A stretch of DNA of 64,000 nucleotides. Origin: an uncultured Gemmatimonadota bacterium (GTDB taxonomy: Bacteria; GCA-2686955). Shown piece after piece: positions 24,875 through 35,071 of this stretch. The stretch's first letter is position 1, and every line of letters begins with the position of its first letter. Made by a program: the position numbers and the translations under genes. The stretch is taken from the NCBI GenBank assembly GCA_964490075.1, contig CAZBBK010000007.1, forward strand, positions 64,383-128,382, in the 5' to 3' direction. The notes beneath the pieces are model-generated. The model was not told the DNA's origin and searched no databases. It worked only from the letters and a program-made list of their open reading frames with translations.

Positions 24875-27121
24875 CTAGAACGCCCCTTGGTTTCCGAATT
24901 GGAAGTGAGGTTCCCACTGGCCCCCGTCGATCCGATCGAAGCCATAGCCGAAATCGAATCCGATCAGCCCGATCGGAGGCACCACCAGGCGCACGCCGAC
25001 GCCGGCTCCCCGCTTCAAGTCGAATGGATGGGTGCTCACGAGGTCTTCCCAGGTGTTGCCGGCATCGAAGAAGGCCAGACCGTAGACCTGATTCTCCGCC
25101 ACCGGGAAGCTGGTTTCCAGCGTCGTCTTGAGCATCGTCCGGCCGCCGAGCACCAGGCCGTCCTGGCGCGGGCCGATCGATCGATCGGGGTAGCCCCGCA
25201 GGGGATTGATGAAGGTGCCCCCCATCTCGAAACGCTCGTAGATCGGCACCTGGTCGGGCGAGCTGAAGCCGTTCACGTAGCCTGCCTCGACGCCGACGTG
25301 GAGCGCCAGCTTCCACAGTGTCGGCACGCTCCAGACCGACTTGGCGAGGTACTTGTGAAAGGAGACGTCGCCACCCAGCGCTCCGCCCGCGAACTCCGCG
25401 CTCAGCGTGCTCTCCGACCCGCTGGTCGGGAACTGGTAGTTGTCGCGCGAGTTGCGAACCAGGGTCCAGAGTGTGGAAATGGTGGTCTGGGGACCGTCGG
25501 TTTCGTAGCGCGCCAGCGAGCTCGAGCTGCTGCTCACGTCGACGTCGACATCTTCGACCTTCCAGGTGGTCGAGGCCCGGGTGTGGAGCAATCCCGGAAC
25601 CGGACGTGCCAGGCGCACGCTGACGCCTCTGCGGTCCTCGTCGTAGTCGAAGCGGGTGCGCCGCAGCGAGAAAAGATCGAAGCCGACGCTGGTCGGCGTG
25701 TCGAGGAGCCAGGGCTCGGTGAAGGAGATCAGGAACTGGCGTTTGAACTGGCCAAACTCCCAGTTGAAGTTGGCTTGCCAGCCGTTGCCGAGCACGTTGG
25801 GATGACCGATCCCGATGGTGCCGGTGATCCGGTCGAGCGCCGAGTATCCGATCGCCATGTTGAACTGGCCGGTGAACTTCTCCTCGACGTTCCAGACCAA
25901 ATCGAGATCGCCCTCGTCGTTGGCCCGCTCGAAGGTCGGCTCGACGTTTTCGAAGAAGCCGAGATTGAAGACCCGCTGTTGGCTCAGGATCAGCCGGCTG
26001 GCCGAGTAGACATCGCCGGGGAAGATGTGGAGCTCGCGCCGGATCACGTGGTCCTTGGTCTTCACGTTGCCCGCCACCTCGACACGGCGGATGTGCGCCG
26101 GCTCGCCCTCGCGAATCGTGAAGTGGACGTCGACCGAGTCGCCGCGCACCGACTCGCCCGGCTGCACCAGGCTGTAGATATAGCCCCGATCAGCGTAGAA
26201 ACGACCGATGGCGTCGCGGGTCTGATCGAAGGCGCCCTGGTCGAACTCGGAGCCCGGGCGAAGCTCCAGCATGGCCTCGAGCCGCTCCTCTCCGAGCACC
26301 TCGTTGCCGTCCCAGGTCACGTCCCCCACGAAGTAGCGCCGCCCTTCGTCGACGAAGAACTCGAGCACCATCTCGGCGCCGCTCTTCTTGTAGGAGAGCC
26401 GGTGATCGTAGACCTCGACATCGCGGAATCCGGCGCCCCGATAGCGGTTCTCGATCTTCTCGGCGTCGGACTCCAGCTCGCTCTCCTTGAAGTCGCCGCC
26501 TCGGTACCAGCGCCGCTCCTTGTTCTCGAGCAGCCCCTTCAGATCCTCGTCGTCGAACGCGGTGTTGCCGGCGACATAGACCCGGCCGATCCGCACCTTC
26601 TCACCGGCATCGGCCTCGAGGTCGACCTCGACCCCTCGCTCGCTCCGCTCGCCGATGTCGATCTCGACCGCTGCGTTCAAATGCCCCTGCTCGACCAGCA
26701 GGTCGCGAACCCGCCTGGCGCTGTCGAACACTTCGCGCCGATCGAGCACCTGCCCTTCGACCAGGCGCAGCGCCTCCTCGACCTCGGCATCGGAGAGCCG
26801 ATCGACTCCGTCGACCACCAGCTTGGCGATGCGCGGGCTCTCCACGACCTGAAGCTCGAGCATGAGCCGCTCGCCGCTGCGCCAGCCCATCACCCACACG
26901 TCGTCGAAGAGCCCCAGCGCGTGCACCCGGGCGATCGCCGCGCGCAGTTCGGTGGTGGCGATGGTGTCGCCTTCGCTGAGCCCGAAGGCCCGCTCGATCA
27001 GCTCGCCGTCGTGATCCTCCAGCCCCACGATGTCGATCGTCTCGACCACCTCGGCGGCGCGCGCGAGACCCGCCAGCACGAGCAAGGCGGCTGCGGCGCG
27101 GCGAGGGAAACGACAGGGCAC
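24875..27121 (-). CDS. bamA: outer membrane protein assembly factor BamA (Omp85)
   Basis: N-terminal POTRA domains, C-terminal beta-barrel ending 'FQFGNQGAF'. Conserved bamA-skp-lpxD-lpxC/fabZ-lpxA order. Confidence 0.85.
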   Translation of the reverse strand: MPCRFPRRAAAALLVLAGLARAAEVVETIDIVGLEDHDGELIERAFGLSEGDTIATTELRAAIARVHALGLFDDVWVMGWRSGERLMLELQVVESPRIAKLVVDGVDRLSDAEVEEALRLVEGQVLDRREVFDSARRVRDLLVEQGHLNAAVEIDIGERSERGVEVDLEADAGEKVRIGRVYVAGNTAFDDEDLKGLLENKERRWYRGGDFKESELESDAEKIENRYRGAGFRDVEVYDHRLSYKKSGAEMVLEFFVDEGRRYFVGDVTWDGNEVLGEERLEAMLELRPGSEFDQGAFDQTRDAIGRFYADRGYIYSLVQPGESVRGDSVDVHFTIREGEPAHIRRVEVAGNVKTKDHVIRRELHIFPGDVYSASRLILSQQRVFNLGFFENVEPTFERANDEGDLDLVWNVEEKFTGQFNMAIGYSALDRITGTIGIGHPNVLGNGWQANFNWEFGQFKRQFLISFTEPWLLDTPTSVGFDLFSLRRTRFDYDEDRRGVSVRLARPVPGLLHTRASTTWKVEDVDVDVSSSSSSLARYETDGPQTTISTLWTLVRNSRDNYQFPTSGSESTLSAEFAGGALGGDVSFHKYLAKSVWSVPTLWKLALHVGVEAGYVNGFSSPDQVPIYERFEMGGTFINPLRGYPDRSIGPRQDGLVLGGRTMLKTTLETSFPVAENQVYGLAFFDAGNTWEDLVSTHPFDLKRGAGVGVRLVVPPIGLIGFDFGYGFDRIDGGQWEPHFQFGNQGAF

Positions 27122-27275
27122 GGGCGGGATCTCCAGTGGGCTGCAAAAGCCGCTAAGCTAGCACACTGGAGAGTTTGCGACCAACTATCGCGGAGACCCC
27201 GAGCGACCATCCGAACCTCGATTCTCGGCACCGCTCCGCGTCCGCGCGGCGTCTCCGAGCGGGACCCGAACGAGA

Positions 27276-29747
27276 TCAGACTTGAGCAGGCTCCGCATCT
27301 TCCACGCGCTTGAAAACCAGCGCGTCGGCGCCGTCGTTGGCCAGGGCCAGGATCTTGCTGCCGGTCGGGAAGGTGCCGCGCAGAAGTTCCTCGGCGAGGG
27401 GATCTTCGAGCAGGCGCTGAATCGCCCGGTGCAGGGGCCGCGCTCCGAGATCGGGATCGAAACCCTGTGACACCAGCACCTCCTTCGCCTCGGCGCTCAC
27501 GTTGAGCTCGATCTCCTTGTCGCTCAGGCGCTGGGCCACGTCCTCGAGGAAGATCTCGACGATGGTCTGCATCTCCGGTTTGTCCAGAGGGCGGAACACG
27601 ATCACGTCGTCGAGGCGATTCATGAACTCCGGATTGAAGGTTTTCCTCACCTCTTCGAGCAGCTTCCCCTTCATGGCGTTGAAGCTGCTCTCCTTGGCGT
27701 CGCCGCCGCGGAAGCCGAACTTCTTGGCGGTGGCCGCGGCCCGCGTGCCGGCGTTGGAAGTCATGATCAGCACCACGTTCTTGAAGTCGACCACCCGCCC
27801 GTAGGAATCGGTGAGCTGGCCGTCGTCGAGAACCTGGAGCAGGATGTTGAAGACGTCGGGGTGGGCCTTCTCGATCTCGTCGAGCAGCACCACGGAGTAG
27901 GGACGCCGGCGGACCTTCTCGGTGAGCTGTCCCCCTTCTTCGAAACCGACATAGCCGGGGGGAGCGCCGACCAGCCGCGACACCGCAAACTTCTCCATGT
28001 ACTCCGACATGTCGACCCGCACCAGGGACGACTCGTCTTCGAAGAGGAAGGCCGCCAGCGCCCGAGCCAGCTCGGTCTTGCCGACCCCGGTCGGGCCCAC
28101 GAACACGAAAGAACCGATCGGCCGCCGCGGGTTCTTGATCCCGGCGCGGGTGCGCCGAATCGCCTTGGAGATCGCCTGGATCGCCTCGTGCTGCCCCACC
28201 ACGCGCTTGCCGATCCCGCCTTCCATGTCGAGCAGCTTCTTGGCCTCCGTCTCTCCCATCCGGTAGATCGGAATTCCGGTCATGGAGGAGACGATGGCGG
28301 CGATCTCTTGCTCACCCACCACCACGTCGTGGTCCGCGCGGGCATCGCTCCAGACTCTGCGCTGCTCCTTGTAATCGTCGCGCAGACGCTTCTCGCGATC
28401 GCGGCATTCCGCCGCCTTCTCGAACTCCTGGTTGGCGATCGCCTCTTCCTTCTCCTTGGTGATCTGCTCCACCGCGTTGCTCATCTCCATCAGCTCGGTG
28501 GGCACCATCGACTGGGTCAGACGGGCGCGGGAGCCGGCCTCGTCGATCACGTCGATCGCCTTGTCAGGCAGGAAGCGATCCTGGATATAGCGGGTGGCCA
28601 GCTGAGCGGCGGAGCGCAGCGCGTCGTCGGTGATCTGTACCCGGTGGTGCGCCTCGTACTTGTCGCGCAGCCCCTTCAGGATCTCGACCGTCTCATCGAC
28701 TGTGGGCGGATTGACCAGCACCGACTGGAAGCGGCGCTCCAGAGCGCCGTCCTTCTCGATGTACTTGCGGTACTCGTTGAGGGTGGTCGCACCGACGCAC
28801 TGCAGCTCGCCCCTCGCCAGCGAGGGCTTGAGCATGTTCGACGCGTCGATGGCGCCTTCGGCCGCTCCGGCACCGACCAGAGTATGCAGCTCGTCGATGA
28901 AGAGGATCACGTCGTCCGACTGGACGATCTCGTTCATCACCGCCTTGAGCCGCTCCTCGAACTGGCCGCGGTACTTGGTCCCGGCTATGACCGCCGCCAG
29001 GTCGAGAGTCAGCACGCGGCGGTTCTGCAGGATTTCGGGGACTCGGCTGTCGACGATGCGTTGCGCCAGCGCCTCCACGATCGCGGTCTTGCCGACTCCG
29101 GGCTCACCGATCAGCACCGGGTTGTTCTTCTTGCGACGGCAGAGGATCTGGGCCACCCGCTCGATCTCGGCGTCGCGGCCGATGATCGGGTCGAGCTTGT
29201 CGTCCCGTGCCAGCTGGGTCAGATCGCGGCAGAAATGGTCGAGCGCCGGGGTCTTGCTCTTGCCGCTCTTCTTCTCCGCCGCGGCACCGCTGCCGGGCGC
29301 CGCCGTCGGCTCGCCCCCGAGCAGCTTCAGGGTCTCGCCCCGCACCTTGTCGGTGTCGGCTCCGAGGCGCACCAGCACCCGAGCGGCGATCCCCTCCGCC
29401 TCCTTGATCAGGCCCAGCAGCAGATGCTCGGTACCGACGTAGCTGTGGCCGAGACTGCGCGCCTCTTCGACAGCCAGCTCCAGCACCTTCTTGGCGCTCG
29501 GTGTGAAAGGCACCTCTCCGATCAGAGCTGTGCCGCCGGGGGCCGGAATCGTGTCCTCGATCGCTTTTCGGATCTGGTCCAGATCGAGACCGAGGTTGAT
29601 CAGGACCGCGACCGCGATCCCCTCGCCCTCGCGGACCAGGCCGAGCAGCAGGTGCTCCGTTCCGATGTAGTCGTGCTGCAGCCGGCCCGACTCCTCTCGG
29701 GCCAGGAACATGACCTTTCGAACCCGCTCGGTGAACTTGTCGTGCAT
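27276..29747 (-). CDS. clpC: ATP-dependent Clp protease ATP-binding subunit ClpC (two AAA+ modules, N-terminal Clp_N repeats)
   Basis: '[16 protein letters not shown]...GTEHLLLGL' twice (Clp_N), Walker A 'GEPGVGKT' and 'GPTGVGKT'. Confidence 0.85.
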   Translation of the reverse strand: MHDKFTERVRKVMFLAREESGRLQHDYIGTEHLLLGLVREGEGIAVAVLINLGLDLDQIRKAIEDTIPAPGGTALIGEVPFTPSAKKVLELAVEEARSLGHSYVGTEHLLLGLIKEAEGIAARVLVRLGADTDKVRGETLKLLGGEPTAAPGSGAAAEKKSGKSKTPALDHFCRDLTQLARDDKLDPIIGRDAEIERVAQILCRRKKNNPVLIGEPGVGKTAIVEALAQRIVDSRVPEILQNRRVLTLDLAAVIAGTKYRGQFEERLKAVMNEIVQSDDVILFIDELHTLVGAGAAEGAIDASNMLKPSLARGELQCVGATTLNEYRKYIEKDGALERRFQSVLVNPPTVDETVEILKGLRDKYEAHHRVQITDDALRSAAQLATRYIQDRFLPDKAIDVIDEAGSRARLTQSMVPTELMEMSNAVEQITKEKEEAIANQEFEKAAECRDREKRLRDDYKEQRRVWSDARADHDVVVGEQEIAAIVSSMTGIPIYRMGETEAKKLLDMEGGIGKRVVGQHEAIQAISKAIRRTRAGIKNPRRPIGSFVFVGPTGVGKTELARALAAFLFEDESSLVRVDMSEYMEKFAVSRLVGAPPGYVGFEEGGQLTEKVRRRPYSVVLLDEIEKAHPDVFNILLQVLDDGQLTDSYGRVVDFKNVVLIMTSNAGTRAAATAKKFGFRGGDAKESSFNAMKGKLLEEVRKTFNPEFMNRLDDVIVFRPLDKPEMQTIVEIFLEDVAQRLSDKEIELNVSAEAKEVLVSQGFDPDLGARPLHRAIQRLLEDPLAEELLRGTFPTGSKILALANDGADALVFKRVEDAEPAQV

Positions 29748-29852
29748 GGTCGATTCCAGCAAAGGCTGAGATGCGAAGGTGGCGGCGCGGATGCGTCCCG
29801 GCGCCGGAAAGCGAAGCCTCGGGCGCGTGGGTCGCTCCTACAGGACAACTTA

Positions 29853-30914
29853 CTACAGGTGGAAGTCGGCCAGTTTCTCTCGAACTGAACGCGACCGGCG
29901 CCCGTCTCGTTCTTCTTGGGACAGTTCTCGGCCCGCGGCAACCTGTAAATGAGCGGGCTGCGCCAGGAGAACGATTTCATTGAGCGTCTTGAGGTTCAGT
30001 CCCTGGATCATACCCAGGCTGACCCCCATGCGGACGACAGACGCGAGATTGATCACCTCTTTGGAGGTGAGCAGGCGCGCGCTCTTCAGCTCGCCGATCG
30101 CCCGCCATACGCGATCTTCCACCGATTCCCGGCTGCCCTTGGCCAGGAGCGCTTCGCGGGCCCGTTTCTCGTACTCGATCACATGCTGTGTGACCCGCTC
30201 CAGCTGCTCGATCAGGTGCTGCTCCGACACCCCCAGGGTGCGTTGGTTGGAGATCTGGAACAGGTTGCCCATCACCTCGGTGCCCTCGCCGTAGAAGCCG
30301 CGCACCACCAGGTTGACGTGCGCGACGCCGCGCAGCACCTTGCCGATCTCGCGATTGAGAACCAGGCCGGGGAGGTGGATCAGGGCCGACACCCTCATGC
30401 CTGTGCCGGTGTTGGTGGGGCAGGCGGTCAGGTAGCCCCAGCGCTCGGAAAAGCTGTAGGGCAGGACATTTTCGAGCTCATCGTCGAGGCTAGAGATCAG
30501 CTCCCAGGCCTCGCGCGGCGCGAAGCCGCCGCGAATCACCTGCAGGCGCAGGTGATCCTCTTCGTTGAGCACCGCGCTGGCGGTCTCCGATGGGCCGACG
30601 ATCAGTCCCACATGGCCGGGCGCGTCGGCATAGGTGGGGCTCACCATGTGGCGTTCGACGAAGAACTGGCGCTCGATCGGCGACAGGGCTCCGAAGCGGT
30701 GCAGCTCTCCGCCGCGGAAATGCCGGGAGCGCTCGAGGACGCCTTCGCCGTACTCCAGAACCCGCCCCTTCATCTTGGGCGTGGCCTGCTCTCCGAAGTG
30801 AATGCCTGCGAAGTTGCGAGCCAGTCGGATGCGCGTGGAGATGACGATGTCGGCGTCGGTGCCGGCACCGTCGATCCACTCGGCGTTGTATTCGAGGTAG
30901 TGATCGAGACCCAT
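29853..30914 (-). CDS. mcsB: protein arginine kinase McsB (ATP:guanido phosphotransferase family)
   Basis: 'ISTRIRLARN', 'CPTNTGTGMRVS' phosphagen-kinase motifs. Confidence 0.8.
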   Translation of the reverse strand: MGLDHYLEYNAEWIDGAGTDADIVISTRIRLARNFAGIHFGEQATPKMKGRVLEYGEGVLERSRHFRGGELHRFGALSPIERQFFVERHMVSPTYADAPGHVGLIVGPSETASAVLNEEDHLRLQVIRGGFAPREAWELISSLDDELENVLPYSFSERWGYLTACPTNTGTGMRVSALIHLPGLVLNREIGKVLRGVAHVNLVVRGFYGEGTEVMGNLFQISNQRTLGVSEQHLIEQLERVTQHVIEYEKRAREALLAKGSRESVEDRVWRAIGELKSARLLTSKEVINLASVVRMGVSLGMIQGLNLKTLNEIVLLAQPAHLQVAAGRELSQEERDGRRSRSVREKLADFHL

Positions 30915-30945
30915 TGCCGTCCCATGCGCGTGCGAGGAGTCTGGT

Positions 30946-31530
30946 CTACTCCTGGCTGCTCTTCAGCTCCGTTTCCAGCTCGCGGATCCGATCCCGCAAG
31001 CGGGCGGCCTGTTCGAAGGCCTCGCGTCCGACCGCCTCTTCGAGCTCGTCGCGCAGCAAGGCCAGGACCCTGGCGGGATCGGAGCTCTCGCCACCGCCGC
31101 CGCTCTCGCCGATCGCTGCCGGCGTCTTGCCGCGATGCCTGCCTTCGCTGTGGATCCTGCGCAGCAGCTCGGCGACCTCCAGCTCGAAGGTGTCGTAGCA
31201 GATCGCGCAGCCCAGAAGCCCCTTGCGCCGGATCTCGGCATACGAGCTGCCGCAGGCGGGGCAGCGGTTGCGGCGCGCCGCCCGCCCCTCTTCCAGCCTG
31301 CGCATGAAACTCTGGGCGGTGAGACTGCCGGTCGAGGGGGTCGGCCCCGACTCCTGCGCCTCCTCTCTGGCCTTCGGGCCCGGGGTCGATTGCGTGCTTG
31401 AATCCGGCGACACGCCGTTCTCCTCGGCGCAGAGATCGCAGAGCCAGCGCTCATGGGTGCCATCGGCCGAGATCTCACGCACCACGACCCGTGCTTCACG
31501 CTCTCCGCAAGCTTCGCATTGCCGGCTCAA
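30946..31530 (-). CDS. mcsA: McsA-like activator of McsB (zinc-finger pairs plus UVR domain)
   Basis: 'CEACGE...WLCDLCAEE' and 'CPACG...CAICYD' Cys pairs, C-terminal UVR-like 'FEQAARLRDRIRELE'. TTG start at 31530 with GAGGAG 6 nt upstream (read by hand). Confidence 0.7.
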   Translation of the reverse strand: MSRQCEACGEREARVVVREISADGTHERWLCDLCAEENGVSPDSSTQSTPGPKAREEAQESGPTPSTGSLTAQSFMRRLEEGRAARRNRCPACGSSYAEIRRKGLLGCAICYDTFELEVAELLRRIHSEGRHRGKTPAAIGESGGGGESSDPARVLALLRDELEEAVGREAFEQAARLRDRIRELETELKSSQE

Positions 31531-31615
31531 TGGGGCTCCTCGTCGCGATATTCAGATGCTCGTCGATGATAGCCCGCCCGGAAGGCGAAGGCCATTCTCG
31601 AGGCATCGGGCGCCT

Positions 31616-32326
31616 TCATCGAGCCGCCGCGTCCAGGGGACGCAGAGCCCCCTCCACCAGCACCAGCCGGCGGTCGGCGCGCGCGGCCAGTGCTCGATCG
31701 TGGGTCACCAGGATCATCGAGCGTCCCGCCCGGCGCACGGTTTCGAAGAGCACCTCCTGCACGGCCGCCGCCGTGGCCGGATCGAGATTGCCGGTCGGCT
31801 CGTCCGCCAGCACCAACGAGGGCCGATTCATGAGCGCGCGCGCCAGCGCCACCCGCTGGCGCTCGCCGCCGGAGAGGGTTGCTGGGCTGTGGTCGGCGCG
31901 CGAACCGACCCCCACGTCGTCCAAGAGGCGGCGCGCGCGCGCGTCCTGCTCGGCGCCCACCGTGCCGAGGATCATCGCCGGCATCAGCACGTTCTCGAGC
32001 GCACTGAACTCCGGGAGCAGGTGGTGGAACTGGAAGATGAAGCCGATGAACCGGTTGCGCAGCATCGCCACTTGCTCGGCCGCGAGGGCGCTCGAGTCGG
32101 CTCCGTCGATCTCGATCGATCCGGCCGAGGGCCGATCGAGCAACCCGCACAGATTGAGCAGCGTCGACTTGCCGACGCCCGACTCGCCGGTGATCGCCAC
32201 CACCTCGCCGGCCCGCAGCTCCAGATCGAGCCCGGCGATGATCGGCAGCCGCGCTTGCGAGGGCGTAATGAAATGACGATGCACCTGCCTCAGCCGCAGC
32301 AGCAACCCATCGCGGCGCTCACTCAT
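31616..32326 (-). CDS. lolD: lipoprotein-releasing ABC transporter ATP-binding protein
   Basis: Walker A 'GESGVGKST', ABC signature 'LSGGERQRVALARAL'. Adjacent to an FtsX-type permease. Confidence 0.8.
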   Translation of the reverse strand: MSERRDGLLLRLRQVHRHFITPSQARLPIIAGLDLELRAGEVVAITGESGVGKSTLLNLCGLLDRPSAGSIEIDGADSSALAAEQVAMLRNRFIGFIFQFHHLLPEFSALENVLMPAMILGTVGAEQDARARRLLDDVGVGSRADHSPATLSGGERQRVALARALMNRPSLVLADEPTGNLDPATAAAVQEVLFETVRRAGRSMILVTHDRALAARADRRLVLVEGALRPLDAAAR

Positions 32327-33554
32327 GGCGGATCGCCTCGACCGGAGTCAGCGCCGCCGCCAGCCGCGCCGGGTAGATCGTCGCCAGGAAGCTGATCAGC
32401 ACCGAGATCCCCGCGACCAGCACGAAATCGCTGGCCTGGGTCAGCACCGGGAGCGACTCGACCAGGTAGACATCGCCGGGGAGCTCGATGAAGCGCCACT
32501 CGTCGAGCACTCGATTGGTGACGAAGCCGAGAGCGATTCCCACAACCGTGCCCAGCAGACCGATCGCCAACCCCTGCCACATGAATACCCGGGCGATGGT
32601 TCGCGAAGTCGCTCCCATGGCGCTCAGCACCCCGATCGCCTTGGTGCGCTCGGTGACCACCATGATCAAGGTGCCCACGATGTTGAAGGCCGCCACCAGA
32701 ACGATCAAGGTCAGCACCACGGCCAGAGCGAACTTCTCCAGCTTGAAGGCGTTGAACAGGCTCGCGTTCAGCGAGATCCAGTCGTTGGTGTAGTAATCCA
32801 TGCTGCCGAGGTGCTCCTGCACCCGCGCCCCCACCTCGCGCGCCGCATAGATGTCGTGCAGGCGTGCCTGCACGCCGGTCACCCGGTCACCGAGCCGCAA
32901 CATCTTTTGTGCCGCTCCGATCTCCGCAAAGGCGTAGGTCGCATCGTACTCGTACATGCCGGCATCGAGAATGCCCACTACTCTGAAGCGCGCCAGCCTC
33001 GGCACCATTCCGAGCGGAGTGCGCGCCCCCTTGAAGGGCGAGGCGAAGGTCAGCTCATCGCCGAGCCCAGCCCGCAATGTAGTCGCCAACACCTTTCCCA
33101 ATACCACACCCGGCACCCCGCCCGGCTGGTCCTCCGCCAGGAACACGCCGTCGCGGATGCGCGCAGGCAGATCCGACACGCGCGCCATTCCCCCCGGGTC
33201 GACCCCCCATAGCACCACTCCTTCGGAACGATCGCCCTTGGACGCCAGGGTGCGCGAGTACACGAATGGTGTCGCCGCCTGCACTCCCTCGACCTCCGCA
33301 ACCCGCGCGGCCACCGCGGGAGCGCCGGCGATCCCTTCGAAGCGATGGAACACGATCACGTGCGGCGCTCCGCCCAGGATCTTCTCGCGTACCTCGGTCT
33401 GGAAGCCGTTGAGCACCGACAAGATGACGATCAACGCCCACACGCCCAGCGCCACTCCGGAGACGGAGATGATGCTGATCACGTTGATCATCCGCGCTTG
33501 GTGGCGATTCGCCAGCATGCGCAGCGCCAGCCGCAGCTCGTACGAAAAAGGCAC
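32319..33554 (-). CDS. lolE: lipoprotein-releasing system permease (LolC/E, FtsX family)
   Basis: 'FSYELRLALRML', MacB-like periplasmic domain, C-terminal FtsX TM helices. GTG start at 33554 read by hand; the ORF-track upstream extension is Arg-rich and overlaps lysS. Confidence 0.75.
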   Translation of the reverse strand: MPFSYELRLALRMLANRHQARMINVISIISVSGVALGVWALIVILSVLNGFQTEVREKILGGAPHVIVFHRFEGIAGAPAVAARVAEVEGVQAATPFVYSRTLASKGDRSEGVVLWGVDPGGMARVSDLPARIRDGVFLAEDQPGGVPGVVLGKVLATTLRAGLGDELTFASPFKGARTPLGMVPRLARFRVVGILDAGMYEYDATYAFAEIGAAQKMLRLGDRVTGVQARLHDIYAAREVGARVQEHLGSMDYYTNDWISLNASLFNAFKLEKFALAVVLTLIVLVAAFNIVGTLIMVVTERTKAIGVLSAMGATSRTIARVFMWQGLAIGLLGTVVGIALGFVTNRVLDEWRFIELPGDVYLVESLPVLTQASDFVLVAGISVLISFLATIYPARLAAALTPVEAIRHE

Positions 33555-33556
33555 CG

Positions 33557-35062
33557 CTACCGCTCTTCCTCCGACACCTCCGGCCGCATCGCCGGAAAGA
33601 GCACGACGTCGCGGATCGAATGCTGATCGGTCAGCAGCATGACCATGCGGTCGACTCCCAGACCCATACCGCCGGTGGGCGGCATGCCGTGCTCCACCGC
33701 GCGCAGAAAGTCCTCGTCGATCGGATGAGCCTCCTCGTCGCCCGCTGCCCTGGCCGCCGCCTGCTCCTCGAAACGCGCCCGCTGCTCGGCCGGATCGTTG
33801 AGCTCCGAGAACGCGTTCGCGAACTCCATGCCGCGAATGAAGAGCTCGAAGCGCTCCGCCCGGGCCGCGCCGTCGCGCCGGCGCTTCGCCAGCGGCGACA
33901 TCTCCACCGGATAGTCGACCAAGAACACCGGGCCCTCGAGCTGCGGTTCGACCAACTCGCGCAGCAGCAAGTCGATCAGTCGTGCGCGCGGCTGTGCGCC
34001 ATCCAGCTCGATCCCGTGTTCGCGACACGCCACCGCCAGCTGCGCATCGGTTGCGTCCAGATCGATGCCGACGTGGCGCAGCAGAGCGTCGTCCATCGAC
34101 AGTCTCGGCCAGGGCGGCGTCAGATCGATCGAATCGCCGCCGTAGGGGACTACGGGCGATCCGTGCAGCGCCGTCGCCACGCCCGAGAAGAGCTCCTCGG
34201 TCAGCTCCATCATCGTCTCGTAGTCAGCGAAGGCCTGGTAACACTCCAGGGCCGTGAACTCGGGATTGTGGGTCCGGTCCATTCCCTCGTTGCGAAAATT
34301 CTTGGCGATCTCGTAGACCCTCTCCATCCCCCCTACGATCAAACGCTTGAGGTAAAGCTCGTCGGCGATGCGCAGATAGAGACGGGTGTCGAGGGTGTGG
34401 TGATGGGTCACGAAGGGGCGCGCCGCCGCCCCCCCGTAGAGCGGCTGCAGTGCGGGTGTCTCTACCTCGACGAAACCCCTTGCGTCGAGAATACGGCGCA
34501 GCTCGGCGATGATCCGGGCGCGCCGCCGAAACACCTCACGGACCTCTGGGTGGAGGTTCAGGTCGACGTAGCGGCGACGGTAGCGCAACTCCTTGTCGCT
34601 CACTTCGTCGAACACCCGCACTTCTTCTTGGGCCGCACGCTCCTGTCGCTTGACCACCGGCAGCGGCCGCATCGCCTTGGCCAGCACCCGCAGGCGACGT
34701 ACTTCGAGGGTCTGGTGGCCGGTGCGGGTGACGAAGAGCGGTCCTTCGACGCCGACGATGTCGCCCAGGTCGAGCAATTTGACCAAGGAGAAATCGTCGC
34801 CCAGGAGATCGCGCCGCAGGTAGATCTGGATCTGAGCGCTGGAATCCTGGAGGTTGGCGAAACCCGCCTTGCCCTGGATTCGCTTGGAGGTCAGCCTGCC
34901 CGCCAGGCGAAGAGCCTGCCCGGAGCCGGACAGGGTCTCGAACTCAGCGAGCGCCTGGCCGGCGGAGTGACTGACATCGAAATGGTGCGGATAGGGCTCC
35001 ACTCCGAGATCGCGAATCTTCTGCAGCTTGTTGGCTCGTTCCTGGAGAAGACGATCTTCCAT
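33557..35062 (-). CDS. lysS: lysine--tRNA ligase (class II)
   Basis: 'MEDRLLQERANKLQKIRDLGVEPYP', class II motifs, 'GGMGLGVDRMVMLL'. Confidence 0.9.
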   Translation of the reverse strand: MEDRLLQERANKLQKIRDLGVEPYPHHFDVSHSAGQALAEFETLSGSGQALRLAGRLTSKRIQGKAGFANLQDSSAQIQIYLRRDLLGDDFSLVKLLDLGDIVGVEGPLFVTRTGHQTLEVRRLRVLAKAMRPLPVVKRQERAAQEEVRVFDEVSDKELRYRRRYVDLNLHPEVREVFRRRARIIAELRRILDARGFVEVETPALQPLYGGAAARPFVTHHHTLDTRLYLRIADELYLKRLIVGGMERVYEIAKNFRNEGMDRTHNPEFTALECYQAFADYETMMELTEELFSGVATALHGSPVVPYGGDSIDLTPPWPRLSMDDALLRHVGIDLDATDAQLAVACREHGIELDGAQPRARLIDLLLRELVEPQLEGPVFLVDYPVEMSPLAKRRRDGAARAERFELFIRGMEFANAFSELNDPAEQRARFEEQAAARAAGDEEAHPIDEDFLRAVEHGMPPTGGMGLGVDRMVMLLTDQHSIRDVVLFPAMRPEVSEEER

Positions 35063-35071
35063 CGAGGTGAC

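Noticed and set aside
31531-31615. CtsR operator (GGTCAAA-NAN-GGTCAAA) upstream of mcsA.
   Set aside because: No heptad direct repeat is present in the leader; only a GAGGAG SD and a TTG start.
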